Notes under the pieces: generated by a model
The model's input: only the letters and a program-made list of their open reading frames with translations
What the model was told of the DNA's origin: nothing
Databases searched by the model: none
Origin: Phycisphaeraceae bacterium
GTDB lineage: Bacteria; Planctomycetota; Phycisphaerae; Phycisphaerales; Phycisphaeraceae
DNA: 64,000 nt
Assembly: GCA_963674705.1 (NCBI GenBank)
Contig: OY771506.1
Span: 3,136,001 to 3,200,000 of the forward strand
Direction: 5' to 3'
Program-made: the position numbers and the translations under genes
Shown here: positions 1 to 10,722 of the stretch, piece by piece
Layout: each line of letters opens with the position of its first letter
Position numbering within the stretch: position 1 is the stretch's first letter

Positions 1-2006
1 TCAGACGCTGTTTGCTCGGAGACCTCGCCTTCCGCCTTCTTCTTGTTCTTACCCCGGCCACCGCGGCGACGCCGGCGTGACTTCTTCTTTACGCCCTCAC
101 CTTCCGCTTCACCCTCGGTTGGCTCGACCGCCTCCGGCTCTGCCGCTACGGCTTCTCCGCTTTCCGCCTCCTCGCTCTTGACCTCCTCGATCACTTCCGC
201 AACCGCTTCAACACCGGTGGCCGGCTCTTCGACCTTCTCGGAAGAACCCCCCTTGCCACGACGCCGACGCCGACGCTTGCGCTTCCGGTTCTTCTCTTCC
301 TGCTCGGGTTGAGCGCCCGCGATCAGGCTCGGTTCGTCCTCGCCGAATACTTCATGGCTGACGCCCTGATCTTCGCCCTCATCAAGGTCCAGATCATCGA
401 GTTGATCCAGCGCATCGCCCTCGACTTCCACAAACGTCATGTCCGTGGGCTCGGCAATCCCCTTCAAGTCGCTTAACGAATCGAACTCCATCTGCCCGCC
501 GCGCTCATCGAACAGGCGGATGTCGACGTAATCCACGCTCGAACCGCCGACACGCACCGTGACGGGCTTGGTGTATCGGTTCTCCAGTTCGACCAGTTGT
601 GCACGCTTGCGGTTCAGCAGGTGGAACGCCGCATCCGGGCTGATCACCAGCTCCGCCCGCACGACTTCGGAGCGGTGCAGCACCAGCGCCAGCCGACGCA
701 TCACATCCAGCACAACCGATTCCGGGCTGCGCACGTGTCCGCGCCCTTCGCACGCCACGCAAGCCGACGACAAGCTTGATGCCAGCGACGGCCGCATGCG
801 TTGACGCGTCATTTCAAGCAGCCCGAACTGGCTGATCGAACCCACACGCGTCCGTGCACGGTCTTTCTTCAGGTTATTGCGGAACCGCGTCTCGACCTGT
901 CGGCGCTTCTTGGTTTCACGCATATCGATCAGGTCATTCACGATCACACCGCCGAGGTCGCGCAGCCTTAGCTGGCGGCAGATCTCGTCGACGGCTTCCA
1001 TGTTCGTGTTAAACGCGTTGGATTCCGCGTCGCGCGCGCTTCGGCTCTTGCCGGAGTTCACATCGATCGCCACCAACGCTTCCGCCTGGTCGAATACCAG
1101 TGAACCGCCACTCTTCAATGGCACCTCGCGTGCGTTGATGCTTTCGATTTGCCGTTCGATGTCAAAGCGGTGGAACAGCGGGACGGGATCGTTGTAATAC
1201 ACAACCTTCGGCCGGGACCGCGGGCTCGCGATCACCAAGAAGTCGTTCGCTCGCTTGGCCGCATGCGGGTTATCAATCACCACGCGCGAGATGTCATTGG
1301 TAAACACGTCACGGATCGTGCGGATGATCAGATCCTGCTCGGTGTAAAGTTCGCCGACATTTTTAAGCTCTTTTTTCCGGCGTTCGATACTCTTCCACAG
1401 ACGCACCAGGTACGCCAGGTCGCGCTTCAGGTCAGTCTTTGTCTGACCGATACCGGCCGTCCGCACGATGAAGCCAAACCCATCCGGCGGATTCAACTCC
1501 GCCAGGATCTTCTTCATCTCACGACGCGCATCATCATCATCCACTTTCCGCGACACACCCAACCGCTGCATCTGCGGCATCATCACCAGGAACCGGCCCG
1601 GGATCGACAGGTAACTTGTCAGCGTCGGGCCCTTCGTTCCGATGCCTTCCTTGAGCACCTGCACGAGGATGTCCTGGCCTCGCTTCAAACACTTCTGGAT
1701 TGGCGGCCGCTCATGGCGCGGCGTCTTGCTGCCGACTTGCTCTGTTTCTTCGTGGTGTTTGCCCGAAAAGTAGCTGGGGTGCAGGTCCGTGATATGTAAA
1801 AAGCCGTTACGCCCCTCACCGAAGTCGATGAACGCCGCCTGGATCGACGGCTCGACATTCGTCACTTTACCCTTGTAGATATTCCCAACCAGGGAGCCGG
1901 CGCTTGCGCGTTCCTGGTAAAACTCTTCCAGGCTCCCGTTCTCGACGATGGCAATCCTGCACTCCTCGCCGGGAACGTAGTTGATCAGCATTTCTGTTTT
2001 TGGCAT
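1..2006 (-). CDS. rne: Rne/Rng family ribonuclease (RNase E/G), 3' end runs off the window
   Basis: Absent from the ORF track (no stop in window). Manual translation from ATG at 2006 gives MPKTEMLINYVPGEECRIAIVENG...GNIYKGKVTNVEPSIQAAFIDFG...NGFLHI (S1 domain), then AIDVNSG and LRLRDLGGVIVNDLIDM, followed by an acidic/Arg-rich disordered tail. Confidence 0.93.
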   Translation of the reverse strand, partial: MPKTEMLINYVPGEECRIAIVENGSLEEFYQERASAGSLVGNIYKGKVTNVEPSIQAAFIDFGEGRNGFLHITDLHPSYFSGKHHEETEQVGSKTPRHERPPIQKCLKRGQDILVQVLKEGIGTKGPTLTSYLSIPGRFLVMMPQMQRLGVSRKVDDDDARREMKKILAELNPPDGFGFIVRTAGIGQTKTDLKRDLAYLVRLWKSIERRKKELKNVGELYTEQDLIIRTIRDVFTNDISRVVIDNPHAAKRANDFLVIASPRSRPKVVYYNDPVPLFHRFDIERQIESINAREVPLKSGGSLVFDQAEALVAIDVNSGKSRSARDAESNAFNTNMEAVDEICRQLRLRDLGGVIVNDLIDMRETKKRRQVETRFRNNLKKDRARTRVGSISQFGLLEMTRQRMRPSLASSLSSACVACEGRGHVRSPESVVLDVMRRLALVLHRSEVVRAELVISPDAAFHLLNRKRAQLVELENRYTKPVTVRVGGSSVDYVDIRLFDERGGQMEFDSLSDLKGIAEPTDMTFVEVEGDALDQLDDLDLDEGEDQGVSHEVFGEDEPSLIAGAQPEQEEKNRKRKRRRRRRGKGGSSEKVEEPATGVEAVAEVIEEVKSEEAESGEAVAAEPEAVEPTEGEAEGEGVKKKSRRRRRGGRGKNKKKAEGEVSEQTAS

Positions 2007-2232
2007 CGGTATCCCGGTCGCCCGTCAGACATCTTCCGACGGCTTGCCCCATCCCGGCGCACCGATACCCGGCGGCTGGTTGCCGCGATCGATCGGATGC
2101 AGAATCGGTATGGAGTCAAGTCCTCTCACGAATGACTAACGACCACTTTCCATTTTGTTGCTGCCTTCACGCTCCAGCAGGGGTGTTCTAGAATCTGCGA
2201 GCGGTCCGGCTGCGGTTTCGTTTTACCCGGCG

Positions 2233-4002
2233 TCAGTAACCGATGGAACGTCCATCGAACACGCCCGGCATGATTTTGCTTATCTGGTCACGCAAATAAT
2301 TGGCGACCTCTCGGTCCGAATCGAACGTAATCGCCTTGCGGGCGACTCGCCGACATTGGTCTATGGATACGGCCCGGATGATCTGCTTGACCTCCGGTAC
2401 GGCTGGAGGGGTGATCGATAACGACCGCAGCCCCAAGCCCAACAACAGCATTGTATACTCAGACCCGCTGGCCATCTCGCCACACAGGCTGATATCCACC
2501 TTCGATTTATCCGCCTCCCGGACAACCGACTGAATCAGCGTCAAAACAGCCGGGTGGGCCCCCGAATACAGGCTGGCGATCCGCTCGTTGCTGCGGTCCA
2601 CCGCCACCGTGTACTGGATCAGGTCGTTGGTCCCGATCGACAAAAAATCCACCTCGCGACAGAACGTCCGGGCCTGAAGCGCCACCGATGGCACCTCGAC
2701 CATGATCCCCACCGGGATATTCTCGCTATACGGAATGTCCTGCTCGTCCAGGTCCTCCATCACGTCCCCGAGGATCATCCTCGCCTGCCTCAGCTCCATG
2801 ATGTTGCTGATCAGCGGGAACATGATCCGCACAGGCCCTTCCGTCGACGCCCTCAGGATCGCTCTTAGTTGCGTCTTGAACAACGGCAGATTCTGCAGAC
2901 ACAGCCGGATGCTGCGACAACCCAGGAACGGATTCCGCTCCGTCGCCTCGATCCCGGCCGTGATGTTGTTGTCCATCTTGTCCGCACCAAGGTCGAGCGT
3001 GCGGATGGTCAGCATCTTCCCGCCGAGGTTGCGGATCGCTTCGACGTACGTCTGGTACTGTTCTTCTTCCGTCGGCACCGTGCTGGAGGCCAGGAAGAGA
3101 AACTCCGTGCGGTACAGGCCGATCCCGTTCGCACCGTTATTGAGCGCCTGCGCGATCTCATGCGGGAACTCGATATTCGCCTGCAGGTTGATCGCCGTGC
3201 CGTCTTTCGTCTCGGCCGGCAACTCGCGGATCTCACCAAGCTGATCCTCGAAGGCGACCATGCGGTCCGCCTCTTTACGCGAGAGCATCAACTGCTCAGC
3301 GTCCGGATCGATCGTGACGATGCCGCTCTGGCCGTCGATGACGACGGTATCGCCCGTGTTCACTGCACTGGTGATATCCTCTAAACCAACGATCGCCGGG
3401 ATACCCAGCGCGTGTGCGAGGATCGCCGTATGGCTGGTCATGCCGCCGGCGTCGGTTGCGATACCTTTGATCTTGCTACGATCGAGTGACGCCGTCTGAC
3501 TCGGTGTCAGGTCATGCGCGATGATGACTGCGCTGTGTTGAAGCTGACTCAACTCATTGCGCGTCTTGCCGATCAGGTGCCGAAGCACACGCCTCTCAAG
3601 GTCCCACACATCCGAGACACGCTCGCGCATGTACCGGGATTCCGCCTGCAGCAACTTCTTGCCCAACGCCTTGAACACCACGTACACCGCAAACTCCGCG
3701 GTAACACGCTGCATCTGGATCGTGGACCGCACCTCACTGATCAGCGTTTGATCGGCCAGCATCCCCAGGTGGAAACCGAAGATCGCCGCCAGTTCCTGGC
3801 CGACGCTTTCCGCGGTTTTATCCTTGAGTAGCTGGATCTCCTCCATCGATGCGTTGATCGCATCATTCAGCCGTTCCAGTTCGTGATCGATCTGGTCCGG
3901 TGTAACCGTGCGGCGCGGTATCGCCTGGTCCTCGCCATCGAGCACCATCGCCGGCGCGATCGCGACGCCTGGGGATACCGGGATGCCTTTTTTTGTCTGC
4001 AT
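2233..4002 (-). CDS. ptsI: Phosphoenolpyruvate-protein phosphotransferase (PTS enzyme I)
   Basis: GGMTSHTAILA phospho-His motif, GIGLYRTEFLF, RTLDLGADK, NPFLGCRSIR, SIGTNDLIQY, CGEMA. Confidence 0.96.
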   Translation of the reverse strand: MQTKKGIPVSPGVAIAPAMVLDGEDQAIPRRTVTPDQIDHELERLNDAINASMEEIQLLKDKTAESVGQELAAIFGFHLGMLADQTLISEVRSTIQMQRVTAEFAVYVVFKALGKKLLQAESRYMRERVSDVWDLERRVLRHLIGKTRNELSQLQHSAVIIAHDLTPSQTASLDRSKIKGIATDAGGMTSHTAILAHALGIPAIVGLEDITSAVNTGDTVVIDGQSGIVTIDPDAEQLMLSRKEADRMVAFEDQLGEIRELPAETKDGTAINLQANIEFPHEIAQALNNGANGIGLYRTEFLFLASSTVPTEEEQYQTYVEAIRNLGGKMLTIRTLDLGADKMDNNITAGIEATERNPFLGCRSIRLCLQNLPLFKTQLRAILRASTEGPVRIMFPLISNIMELRQARMILGDVMEDLDEQDIPYSENIPVGIMVEVPSVALQARTFCREVDFLSIGTNDLIQYTVAVDRSNERIASLYSGAHPAVLTLIQSVVREADKSKVDISLCGEMASGSEYTMLLLGLGLRSLSITPPAVPEVKQIIRAVSIDQCRRVARKAITFDSDREVANYLRDQISKIMPGVFDGRSIGY

Positions 4003-4121
4003 AGGTCCGCACGGGATAGGAACGCCGTATTCTACGCTACTACCGTCCCTGCGGCTCTCCTAATTTGTCGGTTCCGCCTGATCGGTGGGGCGGTTGCCTT
4101 TGTTTGTTTCCGGACAGTCGA

Positions 4122-5348
4122 CTACTTCGCGGCCTTGGCGAGCCGATCGGCGCGGTCGGTCTTCTCCCATGAGAAGCTGCCGTCCTTGCCGGGCTGGCGA
4201 CCGAAGTGGCCATGCGCCGCCGACTTCTTATAGATCGGCTTACGCAAACCCAGGTGTTTGATGATACCTGCGGGGGTCAGCGGGAAGTGTTCTCGGACGA
4301 GTTGGCAGATCTTGCTGTCGCTGATCTTACCGGTCTCAAAGGTCTCAACGTGGACACTCGTCGGCTCCGCGACGCCGATCGCGTAGGAAAGCTGCACTTC
4401 GCAGATATCCGCCAGATTGGCTGCCACGATGTTCTTGGCGATATATCGGGCCATGTACGCCGCAGAGCGGTCGACCTTCGACGGGTCCTTGCCCGAGAAA
4501 GCTCCGCCGCCGTGACGACCGCGTCCGCCATACGTATCCACAATAATCTTCCGCCCGGTCAGGCCCACGTCACCGTGTGGCCCGCCGATTTCAAACTGGC
4601 CCGTCGGGTTAACGTGGATAGTCACCTTCTTCGGGTCATACATCTTCTTAGGCATGCAAGGCTCGATAATGTGCTTGATGACAGCCTGTTTCAGCTCGGC
4701 TTGCTTCTTCTTGCCGTTCCAGATCGGCGAGTGCTGCGTCGAAAGCACGACCGTGTCGATTCGCACCGCCTTGTGATTGGCATCGTATTCAACAGTGACC
4801 TGGCTCTTGGCGTCAGGCCGTAAACCCTTGATTTTGTTGGCTTCACGGACCTTGGCGTGCAGCTCCACCAAACGGTGGGACAGGTCGATCGGCAAAGGCA
4901 TCAAACGCGGCGTCTCTCGGCAGGCATAGCCAAACATCAGCCCCTGGTCGCCGGCGCCTTGTTCCTTATGTAGACCCGAACCTTCCGTCACACCCTGGCT
5001 GATATCCGCCGACTGCGAGTGCATCGTCCGAACCACGCCGCAGGTATCGGCATCAAATCGCATCCCGATGTCGCCGGTGTACCCGATCGCTCGAATCGTG
5101 TCGCGGACCGTGTCCTCGGCATTGTTCAATACTTCGATGGCCTTGGCGTTGTGCACGGTGATCTCGCCGCCGACGATCACAAGTCCTGTTGTACACATGG
5201 TTTCGCACGCCACTCGAGCGTTCGGATCGACCTCCAGCAGAGAGTCCAGGATCGCATCCGAGATCTGATCCGCGACCTTGTCGGGGTGGCCCATCGAGAC
5301 CGATTCGCTGGTGAACAGGTAGTGATCGCTGCCTTTCATCGTTGCCAT
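4122..5348 (-). CDS. metK: S-adenosylmethionine synthetase
   Basis: [51 protein letters not shown]. Confidence 0.98.
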   Translation of the reverse strand: MATMKGSDHYLFTSESVSMGHPDKVADQISDAILDSLLEVDPNARVACETMCTTGLVIVGGEITVHNAKAIEVLNNAEDTVRDTIRAIGYTGDIGMRFDADTCGVVRTMHSQSADISQGVTEGSGLHKEQGAGDQGLMFGYACRETPRLMPLPIDLSHRLVELHAKVREANKIKGLRPDAKSQVTVEYDANHKAVRIDTVVLSTQHSPIWNGKKKQAELKQAVIKHIIEPCMPKKMYDPKKVTIHVNPTGQFEIGGPHGDVGLTGRKIIVDTYGGRGRHGGGAFSGKDPSKVDRSAAYMARYIAKNIVAANLADICEVQLSYAIGVAEPTSVHVETFETGKISDSKICQLVREHFPLTPAGIIKHLGLRKPIYKKSAAHGHFGRQPGKDGSFSWEKTDRADRLAKAAK

Positions 5349-5738
5349 CTGCTTAATTCCTAATGATTTAAATCAATTCTAGTGTGAAGTTGTCCAGAAG
5401 CTTCTGCGGTGACGACCATCGCATCGGGCAAGTGAAAAAATAAGCACTTACGAGCTTCCAGCCTCCGTTCGAACGAGTCTTTTTAGCGGCATATTAGGTA
5501 ATTAGCAAACCCGGGCATGAATCGGGTAGCCAGGTTAACCGATCCTGGGAATGCATCTAAACATATATTAAACTTATAATTATACTTATATTTTTATCGC
5601 GGGGAAACGGCCTGCTTTAATCCATATTCAGTTGCCGATAATCCGCGCCTGCAACTACATTAGACACATCCTCACTTACTCGCCGATGTACGACAGGCCG
5701 GACCCGACGTCCGACATGCTAAAGCCCGTCTCAGGAGC

Positions 5739-8120
5739 ATGAAAGTGAGTGACGAATACACACAAGGTCAACCGTTTAACGCCGGCCCCCAGTTTGGTCT
5801 CAAAGGCTCGGCCGCCGAGATCGAAACGGTAATCGAACGGGTCAAGGACGAACGCCTGCGACTGATCAGGCTTCTTAAAGATTGCGAGACACGCTTCGGC
5901 ACCACTGGCGTCGTCCCGCCCGCCGAAGAGATCGCAAGGCTCACCGGCAAGGTCCGCGCGATCGATGAGGCCGTCCGCAACCGCTATATGCAACTTCGCC
6001 ACGACGAATCAATCGTCCAGAAGCGGGCCCAGCAGATCGACCAGATCCGTGAGTGCGTGCAAGACCTGACCAACCAGGTCGAGAAGCAGATCGCACAGGC
6101 CAAGAGCATCAGGCCTGATCTGGCTAACGCCCGCCAGTCGGTACAGCAGGAAACCGAACGCGTGCTCGACCAGGCACGCCTTCAGGCTGCGCAGATCAAG
6201 CAAACCCTCGCGGACCGGCTCGAAGAATACCGCAATGCCCAGAGCATCGGCCAGGAACAACTGCGCGAAGTGCGCCGCGAAATCGAGCAGTCCTTCAAGG
6301 ATATCGACAACCGACTCGCAGCCGCCGCCGGCATGGCACGCGACGAGGCGCAGAAGCTCATCGATCCGATCTTCAGCCAACTGGAAAACCACGCCACCGA
6401 GTGCGGTCGACGCATCCAGGAGATGGCCGGTGCCGTTGACGATGTGCTGCGTGAAAAGCTTGAAGAACTGCCCACCAAGGCGCAGCAGGTGCTTGCGCCT
6501 ACACGCGAATCAATGGAAAGCATCATCGAAGACGCCCGTGATGAAATGGCGTCGATTAACGATGCGCTGCGCTCACTCGACCAGAGCGTGCAGGAGTTGT
6601 CTGATAAGGCGCAAGGCGTCGTCAATCAGAACATCGAACAAATGGCCGGCCGCATCGATCAGGCGATCGATGCCCGTTTAGCCGAAAAACTCGCCCAGCA
6701 GCAGGAAGCGATCGACCGCCAGCAAGCGGCGTTCAACGATCACCTGCGCAAGCAGGATGAGCAGTTCACGCAGTACATGCTCAGCCGCGAGAAGATGCTG
6801 CATCAGAGTGAACAGGAAGTCACCGACAAGATCGCCGGCATCATGATGGACAAGCAGGCCGAGATCATCGTCATGCTCGATGACCAGATGTCATCACAGG
6901 CCGACCGCCTGCTGGCTCAGCAGGAAGACAAGATCGACAAGATCCTCAACGATCGTATCGAAGCCGCCTGTTCCAAGCTGATCCGTCGTATCGAAGAATC
7001 GATCAACGGTGCTGAAGAAAAAGCCGAGCAGACCGCCCAGCAGATCAAGGAAAACCTTGTTGCTTCCATCGATCAGAGCCGCGCCGAAGCCGAAGATGCG
7101 ATCAGCCAACTTATCGAGCAGGTCACGCAAGAGAAGGACCGCATCAATCATTCCATGACCTCGCACCGCGACACCGTCACCGCCGCGATCAACGAGATCG
7201 AACACAAGGCGCGCGAGGTAAGTGAGAAGGCGCATCGCCAAGCCGAGGACGTCGGCAACATGATCGAAAGCAAGCTGCGCGAGCAGGTCATCGGCGCGAT
7301 GAGCCGGGCCGATGCACTCAGCGATCCGCTCAAGGCCCGTCTCGACGAGTCGCTTGAGGAAGTCCGCCGTCATGCGGATGAATACCTGCAAAAAGCCGAG
7401 ATCGAGCAGAACGAAAAGACCAAGGCCCACTGGGAAGCTTTCCGCCAAACCACCCAGGCCGCGCTCGAAAAGCAGAAGAACGACCTGGATGTTCAGACCC
7501 AGGCAACCGTCGACCAGTCGCAAGAAAAGATGCGCCAGCGCGTGCAGGAACTCTGTGCCTCCAGCCAGAGCATGGTCGACATGATCGAGCAGCAACTCGT
7601 GCGCCGACTCAAGGGTATCGAACCGCAGAGCACACAGATCCTCGAAACCATCGAGAAGCAGATACACGGCCGACTCAGTCAGCTTCGGCAAAACGCAGAG
7701 GCCATGGTCCAGCTCGTCGAAGATCAGCTTTCCAAGCGTGTTTCGGAACTGCAACCCAGCGCGATCAACGCTGCACGTGATGCCGAGCGAGAACTCAACG
7801 AACACATGGACCGCATCCGCCAGGAAGTCGAAGCAGTCGTCGGCCCGTTGCGTCGGCAGGTCATCGAGGAACTCAGCCAGATCGCCGACGTCGGCAAGAC
7901 CGTCCGCGGTGCGATCAAACACGACGTCTCTCATCACGTGACCAACGCTGGTGTGACCGAGCCGCCGATCGTTGATGCCCGCCGTCTCATGACCCCGCTA
8001 CAGGAGATGGCAGCCCGCATGAACAAGAAAGCCGCCCAACTCGTCAACACCAATGTCGAGTCCTCGGATACCGCCGAAGCCGACGACAGCGAAGACGAAG
8101 CCGATCGCAAGGCCGCGTAA
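5739..8120 (+). CDS. Long coiled-coil hypothetical protein (793 aa)
   Basis: Long ORF with AGGAG RBS. Rich in E/Q/A/R/L with helical periodicity throughout, no TM segment, ends DRKAA. Confidence 0.8.
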   Translation: MKVSDEYTQGQPFNAGPQFGLKGSAAEIETVIERVKDERLRLIRLLKDCETRFGTTGVVPPAEEIARLTGKVRAIDEAVRNRYMQLRHDESIVQKRAQQIDQIRECVQDLTNQVEKQIAQAKSIRPDLANARQSVQQETERVLDQARLQAAQIKQTLADRLEEYRNAQSIGQEQLREVRREIEQSFKDIDNRLAAAAGMARDEAQKLIDPIFSQLENHATECGRRIQEMAGAVDDVLREKLEELPTKAQQVLAPTRESMESIIEDARDEMASINDALRSLDQSVQELSDKAQGVVNQNIEQMAGRIDQAIDARLAEKLAQQQEAIDRQQAAFNDHLRKQDEQFTQYMLSREKMLHQSEQEVTDKIAGIMMDKQAEIIVMLDDQMSSQADRLLAQQEDKIDKILNDRIEAACSKLIRRIEESINGAEEKAEQTAQQIKENLVASIDQSRAEAEDAISQLIEQVTQEKDRINHSMTSHRDTVTAAINEIEHKAREVSEKAHRQAEDVGNMIESKLREQVIGAMSRADALSDPLKARLDESLEEVRRHADEYLQKAEIEQNEKTKAHWEAFRQTTQAALEKQKNDLDVQTQATVDQSQEKMRQRVQELCASSQSMVDMIEQQLVRRLKGIEPQSTQILETIEKQIHGRLSQLRQNAEAMVQLVEDQLSKRVSELQPSAINAARDAERELNEHMDRIRQEVEAVVGPLRRQVIEELSQIADVGKTVRGAIKHDVSHHVTNAGVTEPPIVDARRLMTPLQEMAARMNKKAAQLVNTNVESSDTAEADDSEDEADRKAA

Positions 8121-8141
8121 TACCCTTACCCACAACAACCT

Positions 8142-8183
8142 AAAGCCCGGTCACGGCCGAAGGCCTTGACCGGGTTTTCTTTT
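8142..8183 (+). terminator. Rho-independent terminator
   Basis: AAAGCCCGGTCA-cggccgaaggcc-TTGACCGGGTTTT followed by a T-rich tail, just after the 793-aa gene. Confidence 0.8.
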
Positions 8184-8223
8184 CAATTCCTGAGTTCATA
8201 TCCTCGCATATTTTCCATCAAAT

Positions 8224-8257
8224 CCCCAATCCCCAATCCCGAATCCCCCAACCTACG
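8224..8257. repeat. Heptamer tandem repeat (CCCCAAT)n, STRR-like
   Basis: ccccaat ccccaat cccgaat cccccaac ctacg. The same unit occurs at 12134-12164. Confidence 0.75.
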
Positions 8258-8336
8258 TTGCACTCCGCCCCGAATTCGGTAGATTCGCACCGTCACAAGA
8301 CGCCCCCACGCAACATCACCTGGAAGATTGATAACC

Positions 8337-9749
8337 ATGACTACTAACACACGTATCGAAAAAGACTCCATGGGCGAAATGCCCGTCCCCGCCGACGCCC
8401 TGTATGGCGCTTCGACCGCCCGGGCCGTCGCCAACTTCCCCATCGCTAATAGACCACTTCCGGGAGCCGTGATCCACGCCTTTGGACACCTCAAGGCCGC
8501 CTGCGCCCAGGCCAACGTCGAACTCGGCAAGCTCGATAAGAAGCTCGCCGACGCCATCATCGCCGCCGCAAATGAAGTCGCCGAGGGCAAGCATGATGCC
8601 CACTTCCCGGTCGACATCTACCAGACCGGCTCAGGCACCAGCACCAACATGAACGCCAACGAGGTCATCGCCGCAGTCGCCAACGACAAGCTCGGTCTCG
8701 GTGCGACAACCAAAGCCGAAGGCGGCGTCCACCCCAACGACCATGTCAACATGGGCCAGTCATCCAACGATACTTTCCCGACCGCGATGCACATCGCCGG
8801 TGCACTGGCGATCAAGAAGTCGCTGTGTCCCGCGCTGGCAAACCTGCAGTCAGAACTCGACAATAAAGCCAAGGCCCTCGACAAGATCATCAAGACCGGC
8901 CGAACCCACCTGATGGACGCCACGCCCATCCGCATGGGCCAAGTCTTCTCCGGCTACGCACAACAGGTCAAGCTCGCCAGCGATCGCGCAAGCTGGGCCG
9001 CGAAGGAAATGCTTGTCAATATGCCAATCGGCGGTACCGCCGTCGGCACGGGCATCAACACCTTCACCGGATTCGCTGAAAAGGTCTGCCAGGTCCTGTC
9101 CAAGAAACTCGGCGTAACTTTCAATGAAGCGGACAATCATCCCGAAGCACAGGCCGCGAAGGATTCGTTCGTCTCCGCTCATGGTCACCTCAAAACGATC
9201 GCTACCAGCCTCACCAAGATCGCCAACGACATCCGCCACCTCGGCTCAGGCCCACGCTGCGCGATCGGCGAACTCAACCTGCCCGCCATCCAGCCCGGCT
9301 CATCCATCATGCCCGGCAAGGTCAACCCCGTCATCTGCGAGTCCGTCATGCAGGTCGCCTGCCGCGTCATCGGTAACGACGCAACCGTCACCATGGCCGG
9401 CCTCGGCGGCGTCGGCTCCCTCTTCGAACTCAACGTCGCCATGCCCGTCATGATCGACGCCTTCCTCGAATCCACCTCGCTGCTGGCCAACGTCAGCAAC
9501 GTCTTCGTCGACAAACTCCTCAAAGACCTGGAAGTCAACGAAACCCGCTGCACCGAACTGCTCGAAGCCTCCTTGATGACGATCACCGCCCTGGCCCCCG
9601 AAGTCGGCTACGACAAGTGCGCCGCACTCGCCAAGCAAGCCCACAAGGAAGGCAAAACCATCAAGCAGCTCGTCGGCGAACTCAAGCTGATGCCGGATGA
9701 ACGCTTAGCCGAGTTGATGGACTACGAAAGCATGACCCACCCCGGGTGA
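8337..9749 (+). CDS. fumC: Class II fumarate hydratase
   Basis: RIEKDSMG, QTGSGTSTNMNANEV, HPNDHVNMGQSSND, GRTHLMDATP, GSSIMPGKVNP signature. Confidence 0.96.
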   Translation: MTTNTRIEKDSMGEMPVPADALYGASTARAVANFPIANRPLPGAVIHAFGHLKAACAQANVELGKLDKKLADAIIAAANEVAEGKHDAHFPVDIYQTGSGTSTNMNANEVIAAVANDKLGLGATTKAEGGVHPNDHVNMGQSSNDTFPTAMHIAGALAIKKSLCPALANLQSELDNKAKALDKIIKTGRTHLMDATPIRMGQVFSGYAQQVKLASDRASWAAKEMLVNMPIGGTAVGTGINTFTGFAEKVCQVLSKKLGVTFNEADNHPEAQAAKDSFVSAHGHLKTIATSLTKIANDIRHLGSGPRCAIGELNLPAIQPGSSIMPGKVNPVICESVMQVACRVIGNDATVTMAGLGGVGSLFELNVAMPVMIDAFLESTSLLANVSNVFVDKLLKDLEVNETRCTELLEASLMTITALAPEVGYDKCAALAKQAHKEGKTIKQLVGELKLMPDERLAELMDYESMTHPG

Positions 9750-9781
9750 TCAAGGTCGAACGACATGTAATACATCAATCT

Positions 9782-9820
9782 GAACGGGGTCACGTATGAA
9801 GCGTGGCTCCGTTCGCTTTT
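9782..9820 (+). terminator. Probable terminator hairpin after fumC
   Basis: GAACGGGGTCACG...CGTGGCTCCGTTC then gctttt. Confidence 0.55.
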
Positions 9821-9851
9821 AGATACAGGTTTTGTCATACTGTGATATACC

Positions 9852-10649
9852 ATGGTAAACCGGGATCAACCACTACCAGCACCTGAGAACGTTCCCGATC
9901 AATGGGAATTCTACTTGGCAAAAGTCGATCATCGTCCGGCTTCAATCTTATTTAATGACTGGTACAAGAATCATCTCCCGATTGCTGAGTTGCCGGTTTT
10001 ATATTGGTGTCGCATCCAGATGCGCGATGCCGCTGAACATGGTATGGGCGTCGGTGAGGATGCTGAAGCACTGACTCAGTTGGAAGATACCCTGAATGAC
10101 GAGGCCTCAGCCCACGGTTTATATCCAGTTGGCCGTTTGCGAAACGATGGTGTCTGGCAAATTGCCTACTACGGCCCTAAAGGTAAGGATATCAAGCTGA
10201 TCGCTTCCCTCTGGCTGGATCCGGTAGAGCGCGAATACGAAGTTGGTTCATCCGACGACCCTGAATGGTCATACTACATAGACTTCCTGCTCCCTGACGA
10301 AGAACGCTCGCAGTGGATCGCCGATTGTCGAGTGATTGAAAACCTTCGTAAGCACGGCGATCCACTCTCTAGCCCAAGGCGTGTGGATCATTGGGTTTTC
10401 TGCAATGATGAGGCTTCAAGAAGTCGGTTCCGCGATGACGCGGTGAACATGGGTTTTTCAGTTGAAAATGAATGGATAGATAAAGAGAATTCTCCCAGCC
10501 AGCCATTTATTATTCAGATATATCGAACTGATGTCGTTGAGTTAGAAGAAATTCATGCTGTCATCATGCAGCTTGTGAACCTCGCAAAGAGTGTTGATGT
10601 GACTTATGACGGTTGGGAAACCTTTGTAATCAAGCCTGATCAAAAGTGA
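9852..10649 (+). CDS. DUF695 plus RraB-like domain protein
   Basis: W.FY...VD..PASI and VGR..DG..Y in the N-terminal half. L..HGDPLSSPRRVDHW and YDGWET in the C-terminal half match this two-domain family. Lower GC than neighbours. Confidence 0.7.
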   Translation: MVNRDQPLPAPENVPDQWEFYLAKVDHRPASILFNDWYKNHLPIAELPVLYWCRIQMRDAAEHGMGVGEDAEALTQLEDTLNDEASAHGLYPVGRLRNDGVWQIAYYGPKGKDIKLIASLWLDPVEREYEVGSSDDPEWSYYIDFLLPDEERSQWIADCRVIENLRKHGDPLSSPRRVDHWVFCNDEASRSRFRDDAVNMGFSVENEWIDKENSPSQPFIIQIYRTDVVELEEIHAVIMQLVNLAKSVDVTYDGWETFVIKPDQK

Positions 10650-10722
10650 ACACCGCATTCTGCACAACTAAGACGTAATCAAATAATCAAATGCTTTACA
10701 GGCATACAAAAGGGAGACCGAT

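Noticed and set aside
43..1799. Plus-strand ORFs listed in the track (e.g. 1149-1799)
   Set aside because: They are antisense shadows of rne. The same applies to most overlapping ORFs in this high-GC window.
5400..5560. SAM-II/SAM-V riboswitch upstream of metK (minus-strand GCCGCTAAAAAGA and two hairpins)
   Set aside because: The conserved UUU-containing loop and pseudoknot pairing are not evident, and the motif is far from the start codon. A cmscan search would be needed.
9852..10649. Functional link between the RraB-like domain protein and rne
   Set aside because: The genes are 8 kb apart with unrelated genes between, and the fold similarity does not imply RNase E inhibition.
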